Shown in pieces: positions 24,475 to 32,182 of a stretch of 43,383 bases of DNA. The notes under the pieces are model-generated. The model was given only the letters and a program-made list of their open reading frames with translations, was not told where the DNA came from and searched no databases. The position numbers and the translations under genes are program-made. The stretch covers positions 22,265 to 65,647 of the forward strand of contig CAZFUG010000002.1 of assembly GCA_964522035.1 (NCBI GenBank). Direction: 5' to 3'. The DNA comes from an uncultured bacterium. Lineage in GTDB: Bacteria; Muiribacteriota; Ozemobacteria; Ozemobacterales; Ozemobacteraceae. Positions within the stretch are counted from its first letter, which is position 1. The number at the start of each line of letters is the position of its first letter.

Positions 24475-25308
24475 TTATTTAATCCATGAGGGTGTACGGC
24501 CCGCAGTAAGGGTCTTTACGTCAAGCCCTTCGATAGTGGCCATGCCGATGGTGTTGCCTTGCTGAAAGACAACATGGCGGTTGTCAGGCGAGAGGCTTGG
24601 GTAGATACCTCTGACAATCGGCCGCTGAACTTCACTCTGGTCGACGGCCAGATACTCAAGTTCATTTTCGCCGTGCCGGTCAGTGAAGTAGACGAGAAAT
24701 TTACCGTCTTTGCTGAAAACCGGAAATGATTCGTTGATTTTTTCGGTAGCAGTAATGCGCTTGATACCCTGCATCATTGTTGAAATAAGGTAAAGGTCGG
24801 AAGTACCGTCTTCAGTCAAAGCTGAAACGGCGATCCATGCACCGTCGGCAGACCAGTTGGCAGCGGTGACCTTGAGTTCCTGTGAAATTTTGTTCGCCTG
24901 CTTGCGCTCCAGACTGTAGACATAGAGCTCGGCCTTGCCATCGCAGCTGGTGTAGAGAAAGAACTTGCCGTCTGGCGAAAAGTCTTCGAAAGCCGCATCG
25001 GTAAGAACTCTTCTGACCCGGTCGCCGGCTTTGTTGAGCAGGTAAATTTCTGAGGTCATGTCGGAGGTTTTATTGGTGAAGCCGATCCAGCCGCTGGCCT
25101 CATTGTAGCGCGGGAACATGATATTGTTGAAAGCCGGGGTCAGGCGCAGTTTGCCAGTGCCGTCGGGGTTGATGACAGCCAGATAGTTTGTGTCTGGCTC
25201 TGGTGAATCGATGAACAGTATTCTGCCTTCGGGCATATCAGCAGCCTGAGCGGCAAAACCAAACAAGGTCTGAATAAGCAACAGGGCAATCAGCATTTTC
25301 CTCTTCAT
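24475..25308 (-). CDS. Periplasmic TolB-like beta-propeller (PD40/WD40-like repeats)
   Basis: Signal peptide. Repeated PD40 motifs: FSPDGKFFLYTS, WSADGAWIAVSA, FSKDGKFLVYFTDRHG, LSPDNRHVVFQQ. 277 aa, so propeller only with no TolB N-domain. Confidence 0.8.
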   Translation of the reverse strand: MKRKMLIALLLIQTLFGFAAQAADMPEGRILFIDSPEPDTNYLAVINPDGTGKLRLTPAFNNIMFPRYNEASGWIGFTNKTSDMTSEIYLLNKAGDRVRRVLTDAAFEDFSPDGKFFLYTSCDGKAELYVYSLERKQANKISQELKVTAANWSADGAWIAVSALTEDGTSDLYLISTMMQGIKRITATEKINESFPVFSKDGKFLVYFTDRHGENELEYLAVDQSEVQRPIVRGIYPSLSPDNRHVVFQQGNTIGMATIEGLDVKTLTAGRTPSWIK

Positions 25309-25325
25309 GTTTCTACCTTTCGCGG

Positions 25326-25360
25326 AAGAAAAATCTGGTCAGGGTATGACCCTGACCAGA
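25326..25360 (-). terminator. Strong hairpin plus T-run: terminator of the LysM gene or 5'-leader structure of the TolB-like gene
   Basis: 11-bp perfect stem tctggtcaggg (25334-25344) / ccctgaccaga (25350-25360) with a 5-nt loop. On the minus strand it is followed by TTTTTCTTCC. It ends about 17 nt upstream of the TolB-like ATG (25308). Confidence 0.6.
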
Positions 25361-25498
25361 AGTATAAACCATTATCACGCTGGCGACCAGCAGTTTTTAG
25401 GAGGCGTTAAACAAAAACCATGACAATGGTTTTTGCTTTTACGGCCCCTTATGGCCGGTCGCATGGACAAAGTGTAACAATAATTTCTTAACAAGGCC

Positions 25499-27208
25499 TT
25501 AGATTTTGAAGACGCTCTTGAGTTCTTTGTAGTTGTTGAGTTTCTTTTCGTCGTCAGAAATCTTTTCGTTGATGTCCTTGATTTCTTTGCTCAGCTTCTG
25601 AACTTCGCCGGCATTCTTCGAATCATATTTGTCGAGCTTGTCGAGTTCCTTCTGAGCGGCGGCAGCTTTGGCCTTGTTGCTGCTGACATTGCCTTCGAGT
25701 TCTTTGGCTTTCGCTTTTGATTCATCGAGGGCCTTGCCGAGTTCGCCCCAGGCTTTTTCGAGTCTGGCTCTTGACTGTTCGACCTTTTTGCCGGCACTTT
25801 CGATGGTATCACCGAAGATACCCAGGGTGCGGCTGGTCTTGTTCTTGTCGATCGCCTTTTCATAGCTCTTCTGGGCTTCGCGCAGGTCTCTCTGCAGCGA
25901 CGGAATATCGTATTCGGGGTAGTCCATGCTGTTTACAAACTTGTAGAACGAGGTGGTGCCACCGAAGAAACCCTTCGATAACAGATCAGAACCATTCTTG
26001 ATGCCTTTGTAGTAAGCATCGCGTTTGTCTGCGAGATCAGGAACCCCGATTTCGCCGAGCATTTTCTGATAGCGGGTTTCGGCGACTTTTTCAGCTTCGG
26101 CAGCGGCTTTTTCGGCATCTGCTTTTTCTTTGGCGGCTTTTTCAGCGGCAGCCTTGTCGGCAGCAGCTTTTTCAGCATCCGCTTTTTCTTTCGCGGCCTT
26201 TTCTGCGGCTATCTTATCAGCAGCAGCTTTATCGTTTTTGGCTTTGTCGGCCTTTTCTTTGGCAGCTTTTTCGGCTTCGGCCTTGGCCTTGGCTTCTTTT
26301 GCTGCTTTGTCGTGGGCTTCCTGTTTGGCTTTAGCATCAGCGTCGGCTTCGCTCTTGCTCTTGTCGACAGCCGGTTTGGTTTCGGTTGCGGGCTTGGTTT
26401 CAGGAGCCTTTGCCGAATCTTTGGCTTTTTTGTCGAGGGCGGCCATGTCGGCATTGGTCAGCGGCTTGTTGTCACTGCCGACCAGCTCGATTTTACCGAC
26501 CCGGTTCAGGCGATAGGTATAGCCCTGGGGCGGATTCATCGCCATCCATTCTTCTTCGGTCATGAACTTGTTATCGATCAGGAATCTGACAGTCTGCTCG
26601 TTGAGGTCGGCGATGCGCTTCTTCTGGGCGAGCAACGCGCGATTGGCCGAGTCGAGGGCGCTCTGCAGTTTTTTAACTTTCTCTTCGGTTGACCACTGCG
26701 GCAGCTTGCTGACTTTGTCAGCCGAAACTGTTGTATCTTTTTCAACCTTTGGTTCAGGTTTTTTGGTTTCTTCAACCGCCGGTTTGGTTTCTTTCGGTTT
26801 TTCTTCAACCGGTTTCACTTCTTTTTCGACCGGCACTTCAAGTACCCAGCCGGCATGAATCAGGTCGGGATTCTTTTCAAGTGAAGGGTATTTTCCCTTG
26901 TTGGCTTCGATGATTTCGCGATAGCGATTGCCGTCGCCGAGCAGTTTCTGAGCGATGCGCCAGAGGCTGTCGCCAGCCTGCACGGTATGCTTGGCGATTT
27001 CCTTTACCGTCTGGGGCTTGGCTTCTTCTCTCGGTGCTGCTGCAGGGGCTTCAGGCACCTCTTCTTTGGCTGCATTCTGATTTACGGCAGCATTGGTGCC
27101 GCTTTGTACCGAAAACGGGTCGGCTGTTGACGCCATTACGGGCTCTGCTGCTGGGTTAGAAAGAATAAGGGCCAATAAAAGACTTAAAAATAAACCAGAG
27201 CGTTTCAT
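25499..27208 (-). CDS. Secreted LysM-domain protein with a Lys/Ala/Glu-rich repeat region and a coiled-coil C-terminus
   Basis: The ORF reaches 27253, but the ATG at 27208 (MKRSGLFLSLLLALILSNPAAEPVMA) has a GAGGTG RBS 6 nt upstream. LysM domain: HTVQAGDSLWRIAQKLLGDGNRYREIIEANK...IHAGWVLEVP. KAE repeats: AAEKAAKEKADAEKAAADK, two copies. Confidence 0.85.
   Translation of the reverse strand: MKRSGLFLSLLLALILSNPAAEPVMASTADPFSVQSGTNAAVNQNAAKEEVPEAPAAAPREEAKPQTVKEIAKHTVQAGDSLWRIAQKLLGDGNRYREIIEANKGKYPSLEKNPDLIHAGWVLEVPVEKEVKPVEEKPKETKPAVEETKKPEPKVEKDTTVSADKVSKLPQWSTEEKVKKLQSALDSANRALLAQKKRIADLNEQTVRFLIDNKFMTEEEWMAMNPPQGYTYRLNRVGKIELVGSDNKPLTNADMAALDKKAKDSAKAPETKPATETKPAVDKSKSEADADAKAKQEAHDKAAKEAKAKAEAEKAAKEKADKAKNDKAAADKIAAEKAAKEKADAEKAAADKAAAEKAAKEKADAEKAAAEAEKVAETRYQKMLGEIGVPDLADKRDAYYKGIKNGSDLLSKGFFGGTTSFYKFVNSMDYPEYDIPSLQRDLREAQKSYEKAIDKNKTSRTLGIFGDTIESAGKKVEQSRARLEKAWGELGKALDESKAKAKELEGNVSSNKAKAAAAQKELDKLDKYDSKNAGEVQKLSKEIKDINEKISDDEKKLNNYKELKSVFKI
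26101..26280. repeat. Imperfect 60-bp (20-aa) tandem repeat inside the LysM-protein gene
   Basis: 26101-26160 and 26161-26220 align base for base with a handful of mismatches (cagcRgctttttcRgcatcYgctttttcttt...). 26221-26280 is a more degenerate third unit. The repeats encode the AEKAAKEKADAEKAA repeats. Confidence 0.7.
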
Positions 27209-27379
27209 AGCTTGCACCTCACGAATGATAAGTTCATTACTGCAATTATACAAAAAAAAACGCTGTACGGTAACAGTATCTATTTTTTTTGTGAACCAAT
27301 TATAAGGGTTTTACTGAAGTCGGATATCGTGGTATGCTGTGGCCTGTTATCAATAGAGACAAGCTGGAGGAAAGAACTT

Positions 27380-27799
27380 ATGTGGCCAAGATGGGTGCGC
27401 GCAATTGCAACTATATGGGTTGCCTGGGACAGCCGTCAGAGAAAAAACCTCGACTGGTTCTGGGTGCTGGTAATCTTTCTGCTTGGGCCGCTGCTTCTGC
27501 CGCTCTATATGGCAACCCGCCCGCTGCTTAGATCCGAAAGACGCGTTGGCGGGCTGCTCTGGAACCTTCTGGTCAGCTGCGAAACTCTTTTTACCTGGCT
27601 GGCCGGCCTGGCCGCTGCGGCTGTATTCGTCGAAAATGTTTCTATGCCATATGACAAGAACCTCGCCGAAGTTAAGCGTGCCGAAATCAAAGCCGGCAGT
27701 CTTATCGGCGTAGCCCTGTTCATCGTTGCGCTTGGCCTCGAAAAGATGGGCTTTGACCTTTTCCGGGAACATATCGAAAAGAAATACCTCGAATCCTGA
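27380..27799 (+). CDS. PLDc_N (cardiolipin-synthase N-terminal-like) domain membrane protein
   Basis: The ORF runs 27212..27799. The ATG at 27380 has a GGAGG RBS (27366-27370). MWPRWVRAIATIWVAWDSRQRKNLDWFWVLVIFLLGPLLLPLYMATRP fits the PLDc_N pattern. It has further TM helices. Confidence 0.7.
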   Translation: MWPRWVRAIATIWVAWDSRQRKNLDWFWVLVIFLLGPLLLPLYMATRPLLRSERRVGGLLWNLLVSCETLFTWLAGLAAAAVFVENVSMPYDKNLAEVKRAEIKAGSLIGVALFIVALGLEKMGFDLFREHIEKKYLES

Positions 27800-27808
27800 C
27801 AGAATTCG

Positions 27809-28843
27809 ATGCGAAATATTTTCAGGCTGATTCTGCTTCTTCGGACAGTCGTTCCGACTGCGGTCTGTGCCCGTGAAGTTGCCCGCGGGCCGGTTCAGTG
27901 CGCTATGGGTCCCGGCGGCCGCAACTATCTGCATGCAGATTTCACCGTCTGGGAAAGCGGGATTGCCCACGAGCGCTACCAGGTTTTTGAGCCTGCCGGG
28001 CCGGCACCTGCCAGTGCCGGAGTTGTCATACTGCTTCACGACTGGATGTCGCCCAACCCAGGTTATTATCAGGGCCAGATCCGGCATTTGTGCCGCTGCG
28101 GCTGGGTTGTAGTTTTTCCATACTACCAGGGAACCGGGCAGTTCACCCGTTTCTACCACACCAATGTCGTGCGTTCGGTCAAAGACTTTCTGCAGCAGGC
28201 CTTTGCCCGTCAGAAAATTGAAATAAACCGCGACCGCTTCGCCATTATCGGACATGGTGCCGGCGGTGTGCTGGCCGCCAACCTGGCTGCCAGCAGTGAC
28301 TATTTCGGGCTTCCGGTTCCGCTCGCGCTTATGGTTGTAGCGCCGCACCAGAGGAGCATCAAGCTGCTCGATCTCACTGGAATCAGCCGCAGAACCCGTA
28401 TGATCATTCTCTGTGGTGATCGGGTTCAGGAGCCGGTGGCGCAGGTCGCCCGCGAAATTTTTTACGCCTCTGACCGTGTCAAAACCGAAAATAAGGCTTT
28501 TATAACAGCCTTGTCAGACTTTTATGGCCAACCGCCGCTGGTTGCCGATGAGCTGGCTGCTCTGACACCAGAAGAACCAGAATATGAGCGTTTTATCGTC
28601 GAAAATCGCAATGACTTTGTCGGGCTTTTCAAAGAAAATTTTCATGCCCGATCTTTGCGTACCAGTCATATTGACGCCTTCGACTGGAATGGCACATTCA
28701 GACTGTTTGACGCGCTTGCATATGCTACTTATACCCTTGACTCAGATCTTTCTGCTTTCAAAAAAGCTCCAGAACTGCGTTTTCTCGGCTACTGGAGCGA
28801 CGGCCGCAAACTCAAGGGCCTGATTGTCGGCGACCGCCCCTGA
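27809..28843 (+). CDS. Alpha/beta-hydrolase-fold protein with GHGAG in place of the GxSxG nucleophile elbow
   Basis: VVILLHDWMS...GWVVVFPYYQG...RFAIIGHGAGGVLAANLAA has alpha/beta-hydrolase topology. The nucleophile position is Gly (GGT, 28256-28258). 344 aa. Confidence 0.7.
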   Translation: MRNIFRLILLLRTVVPTAVCAREVARGPVQCAMGPGGRNYLHADFTVWESGIAHERYQVFEPAGPAPASAGVVILLHDWMSPNPGYYQGQIRHLCRCGWVVVFPYYQGTGQFTRFYHTNVVRSVKDFLQQAFARQKIEINRDRFAIIGHGAGGVLAANLAASSDYFGLPVPLALMVVAPHQRSIKLLDLTGISRRTRMIILCGDRVQEPVAQVAREIFYASDRVKTENKAFITALSDFYGQPPLVADELAALTPEEPEYERFIVENRNDFVGLFKENFHARSLRTSHIDAFDWNGTFRLFDALAYATYTLDSDLSAFKKAPELRFLGYWSDGRKLKGLIVGDRP

Positions 28844-28909
28844 AAAGCAACCCGGCTGCTAGGCCGAAGCATTTCAATTGGGATAAATTCACTGGAACTT
28901 CTGCATAGC

Positions 28910-28939
28910 AAACACTCCCTGCTTAAGCAGGGAGTGTTT
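28910..28939. terminator. Bidirectional terminator between convergent hydrolase and ddl genes
   Basis: 13-bp perfect stem aaacactccctgc (28910-28922) / gcagggagtgttt (28927-28939) with loop ttaa. The A/T-rich stem ends give U-tracts on both strands. Confidence 0.65.
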
Positions 28940-28963
28940 ATGGTTAAGAGTTGGTTGTTGCTG

Positions 28964-30103
28964 TCAGGAAACGGCGCTGAGTGATTCCTGTTTGTCGTGA
29001 TAGCGTTCGATGGCGAGTTCTACCAGGCGGTCGACGAGTTCTGGGTAGCTGATTCCGGTGGCTTCCCAGAGTTTGGGATACATGCTGACGCTGGTGAAAC
29101 CAGGAATTGTATTGATTTCGTTGATGACGATGCGATTGGTTTTGCGTTCGAGGAAAAAGTCGACACGGGCCATGCCGGCACAGTCGAGAGCTTTGTAGGC
29201 TCTGATTGCGGTTTCCCTGATTTTTTCGGCCATTTCAGCCGGCAGATCAGCCGGAATTTTCAATTCAGAGCGATCATCGACATATTTTGCGGTGTAATCG
29301 TAAAATTCATTGCATGGCACGATTTCACCGGGCAGAGAAGCGATCGGGTGGTCATTGCCGAGAACCGACACTTCGATTTCACGACCGTCGATATGCGCTT
29401 CGACAAGAATTTTTCGGTCGTAGCGTGCGGCGAGATCCATGGCTTCGCGCAGGCTTTCACGGGTTTTTGCCTTTGAAATGCCTACTGATGAGCCTGAGTT
29501 TACTGGTTTAACGAAACATGGGTACCCGAGTGTCTTCTCGATTTCAGTGATTACTGCATCCGGGCTGGTGCGCCAGGTGCTGCGCAGAAATTCACGGTAA
29601 GGTGCAACTTCGATCCCGGCTTCATGAAACAGGCGCTTTGAGAAGGTTTTGTCCATGCCGACGGCAGACGCGAGCACGCCACAGCCAACATATGGCAGGT
29701 CGGCGAGTTCGAGCATGCCCTGAAGAGTGCCGTCTTCGCCATAGGTGCCATGAATGATCGGGAACAGAACATCGAGCTTAACCTGTTCGCCGGTTTTGTG
29801 CTGGTCTAGCAGCATCAGACCTTTGTTGGAAGGGTCGCAGTTGAGGCTGGCTTTGCCGCTGTTGGTGCCGGCAAAGGCAATGTTGCCGGCTGTGCGGTTT
29901 TTACTGTATTCGAGCATGGCGTCTGGCTTAACACCGACCATCCATGAGCCCTGGCGCGTGATGCCAACCGGAATCACCTCGTATTTATCAGGGTTCAGAG
30001 CTTTCATTATTGAATTGGCAGAGACCAGCGATACTTCGTGTTCTCCAGATCTGCCACCAAAAATGACGCCTACTTTAAGCTTGCTGCCGGTTTGTGCCTT
30101 CAT
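28964..30103 (-). CDS. ddl: D-alanine--D-alanine ligase
   Basis: KVGVIFGGRSGEHEVSLVSANSI, PIIHGTYGEDGTLQGMLE and the ATP-grasp C-terminus (INEINTIPGFT). 379 aa. Confidence 0.95.
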   Translation of the reverse strand: MKAQTGSKLKVGVIFGGRSGEHEVSLVSANSIMKALNPDKYEVIPVGITRQGSWMVGVKPDAMLEYSKNRTAGNIAFAGTNSGKASLNCDPSNKGLMLLDQHKTGEQVKLDVLFPIIHGTYGEDGTLQGMLELADLPYVGCGVLASAVGMDKTFSKRLFHEAGIEVAPYREFLRSTWRTSPDAVITEIEKTLGYPCFVKPVNSGSSVGISKAKTRESLREAMDLAARYDRKILVEAHIDGREIEVSVLGNDHPIASLPGEIVPCNEFYDYTAKYVDDRSELKIPADLPAEMAEKIRETAIRAYKALDCAGMARVDFFLERKTNRIVINEINTIPGFTSVSMYPKLWEATGISYPELVDRLVELAIERYHDKQESLSAVS

Positions 30104-30164
30104 GCTGCACTCCTTTAATTCTGATTAATACCACGACAGTCTATCGGCAAAAAAACGGCAGATA

Positions 30165-31115
30165 TTAAGGGGCTTCGGAATGGGCTCTGTAGGCGCCTTT
30201 GCCTGTTTGAATCGGCATCTGGCGGCGCAGGCTGTTGCGAGTCATCTTGCTGAGGCGCGGGTGGCTCTGGCCGAGTTCGTTTGGCTTTCCGAACAGATGT
30301 TTGGTCAGCAGATACTGGTCATCTTCACTCAAAGATGGTCCGGAAACCAGTATGGCGTTAATTTCGACCGCCGAAACTTCGGCGGTCTGGCCGGGATACT
30401 GGTTGGGTGCAATCGTCGATGGAAAATAGAATGAATAGCTGTTCACGAGCTTCTGAACCAGATCATGCTCAACCGGAATCAATGTGATCTCTACCTTTTT
30501 GGCGAGTTCAATGATCGATGGGTTGGGGAGTCCGCTGGTAAAAATGAAACCGTCGATTTTTCCTTCCTGCAGTTCTTTCATTGCATCGGTGCCGCCAATG
30601 AACTGCTGGTCGATCTTTTCCCAGACACCTGCGAGAGTGAGAATCTGCTGGGCATTGTAATAGGTGCCGCTGTTTTTGCTGCCAACAGCGATCTTGCGGC
30701 CTTCCATCTGCGATAGAGAGCTGATACCGGTTTCCTTGCGCGCGATGAACTGGACAACCTCTGGGAAAAGAGTCGCAATGCCGGTTACGTTGGTGATTTT
30801 CTGGTCGGCGAACATCGCTTCGCCTTCAGCGGCATAAAAAGCAATGTCGTTCTGCACCAGTGCCATGTCTGCTTTGCCGTCTTTGAGCATCTGCAGGTTC
30901 TCGACGCTGCCTGCGGTTTCAAGAACCTTGAGCTGTATATTGGGATAATCGATCTTGAGAATGCTCGCGAGCGTTTCGCCAATTGGGTAATAAACACCCG
31001 ATTTTGAACCGGTGGCAATCGTATATTCGGTTTTGCTGAGGCTTGAGCCGCCGCAGCCCAGACTGAATGTCAGCAGTAAAGCAAAAAATAGCGTCAGGCC
31101 GAGTTTTCTGTTCAT
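30165..31115 (-). CDS. TAXI-family TRAP-type solute receptor (lipoprotein)
   Basis: Lipobox LTFSLGC. YTIATGSKSGVYYPIGETLASIL is the hallmark TAXI N-terminal block. 316 aa. No TRAP membrane component nearby. Confidence 0.8.
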   Translation of the reverse strand: MNRKLGLTLFFALLLTFSLGCGGSSLSKTEYTIATGSKSGVYYPIGETLASILKIDYPNIQLKVLETAGSVENLQMLKDGKADMALVQNDIAFYAAEGEAMFADQKITNVTGIATLFPEVVQFIARKETGISSLSQMEGRKIAVGSKNSGTYYNAQQILTLAGVWEKIDQQFIGGTDAMKELQEGKIDGFIFTSGLPNPSIIELAKKVEITLIPVEHDLVQKLVNSYSFYFPSTIAPNQYPGQTAEVSAVEINAILVSGPSLSEDDQYLLTKHLFGKPNELGQSHPRLSKMTRNSLRRQMPIQTGKGAYRAHSEAP

Positions 31116-31240
31116 TAAATTCCCCTTCCTCTGGCTGATATGTCAGCATGATAGCACACGATATCAGCATTAAACATATTAAGGCTGGAAATAATTGCTT
31201 CGGGGTGGTACTATCGGTGAAAAATATGGCTGCGTGACAG

Positions 31241-31768
31241 TTGAAAATTCGCAATCTTAAAACGATCACTGAGTGTGGAATGCTTCTGGCAACGGCTTTG
31301 GCACTTGCCAATTTCAAGCTGTTCCAGATGCCGGGCGGCGGATCGGTCTCGCTGGGAGGTCTGCCGGTTCTGCTTATTGCTGCCAGACATGGCCTGGTTA
31401 CCGGTTCTCTCTGCGGCGCCCTGTTCGGAATTCTGCTGCTGACGAGTCGCCCGTTTATCGTGCACCCGCTTCAGTTTCTGCTTGATTATCCAATTGCTTA
31501 TGCCACGCTGGGCCTGGCGGGTTCTGTCGTGTGGGAAACGCCACTAAAAGCGGCAACGGCAACAACGGTGGCAAACTTTGTTCGTTTGCACTGTCACGTT
31601 GTCGCCGGTGCTGTTTTTTTTGTGACCGATGCTGGCACATTGTCGCAGACAATTGCCGCAAGCTATGTTTACAACCTCAGCCACATGCTTCCGGAAACTC
31701 TGTTGTTCGCAGTTCTGACCGGTTATCTCGCCGCATTTCAGTCGGCGCTATGTGCCCGTCAGAACTGA
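31241..31768 (+). CDS. thiT: ThiT/YuaJ-like ECF-type S-component (putative thiamine transporter)
   Basis: 175 aa and about 6 TM helices. KTITECGMLLATALALANFKLFQMPGGGSVSLGGLPVLLIAARHG resembles the ThiT N-terminal region. TTG start at 31241 with no clear RBS (alternative ATG at 31280). The family call is moderate. Confidence 0.65.
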   Translation: MKIRNLKTITECGMLLATALALANFKLFQMPGGGSVSLGGLPVLLIAARHGLVTGSLCGALFGILLLTSRPFIVHPLQFLLDYPIAYATLGLAGSVVWETPLKAATATTVANFVRLHCHVVAGAVFFVTDAGTLSQTIAASYVYNLSHMLPETLLFAVLTGYLAAFQSALCARQN

Positions 31769-31777
31769 AAAAAGGTT

Positions 31778-31969
31778 TCAGTTAGCTGCAACTACCTTAT
31801 CACTGCCCAGGCAGCGGGTGCATACATAGCCGCGAACGCGGGTGCCGTTAAGCATTACGCGTTTTCTCTGGAGGTTGATGCTCCAGCGCCTTTTGGTGCG
31901 ATGATGAGAGTGGCTCAGCTTGAAGCCAACTTGTGGTCCACGATTGCAAACCATACATACTCTAGACAT
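31778..31969 (-). CDS. rpmB: 50S ribosomal protein L28
   Basis: MSRVCMVCNRGPQVGFKLSHSHHRTKRRWSINLQRKRV... is canonical L28. The ATG at 31969 is preceded by GGAGG with a 7-nt spacer. The track start at 31975 would sit inside the RBS spacing. Confidence 0.95.
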   Translation of the reverse strand: MSRVCMVCNRGPQVGFKLSHSHHRTKRRWSINLQRKRVMLNGTRVRGYVCTRCLGSDKVVAAN

Positions 31970-32005
31970 TTTCAAACCTCCAATATAGAGCCGATGTGAA
32001 TGTCT

Positions 32006-32034
32006 ACTATAACAGAAACCGTTTCACGAATCAA
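32006..32034 (-). promoter_or_regulatory. Putative sigma70 promoter of rpmB
   Basis: Minus strand reads TTGATT (32034-32029), a 17-nt spacer, then TATAGT (32011-32006), about 35 nt upstream of the rpmB ATG. Confidence 0.5.
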
Positions 32035-32182
32035 GCCAAAATTTTTCAAAATAGTATGAGCCTCTTGCCCGATTAATGATGCCGCGCCGCCCGAAATTGG
32101 TCGGCCTGTGTACATTAAGTTTTTCGACTGGCGTTAACAAATTTCTGCATTCGGCCGATAGGGCGATCAGCCGGAGGTGTTT

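Noticed and set aside
26101-26280. 60-bp tandem repeats considered as a CRISPR-like or minisatellite non-coding array
   Set aside because: The units are directly adjacent with no spacers, lie in frame inside a long ORF, and encode the KAE protein repeat. They are not a CRISPR array.
27350-28348. 332-aa minus-strand ORF spanning two plus-strand genes
   Set aside because: It overlaps both the PLDc_N gene and the alpha/beta-hydrolase gene, crossing their intergenic gap. It has no recognisable motifs and is Arg/Pro/Gly-rich. The plus-strand genes have family signatures and an RBS.
31116-31240. TPP (THI-box) riboswitch upstream of the thiT-like gene
   Set aside because: A GGGGTGG and a GGCTGCGTGACAG stretch look superficially THI-like. 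The conserved CUGAGA, ACCUGAUCUGGAUAAUGCCAGCG core and the pairing partners are absent. I cannot build the P2-P5 helices by eye. A covariance-model scan (THI element, Rfam TPP) would settle it.
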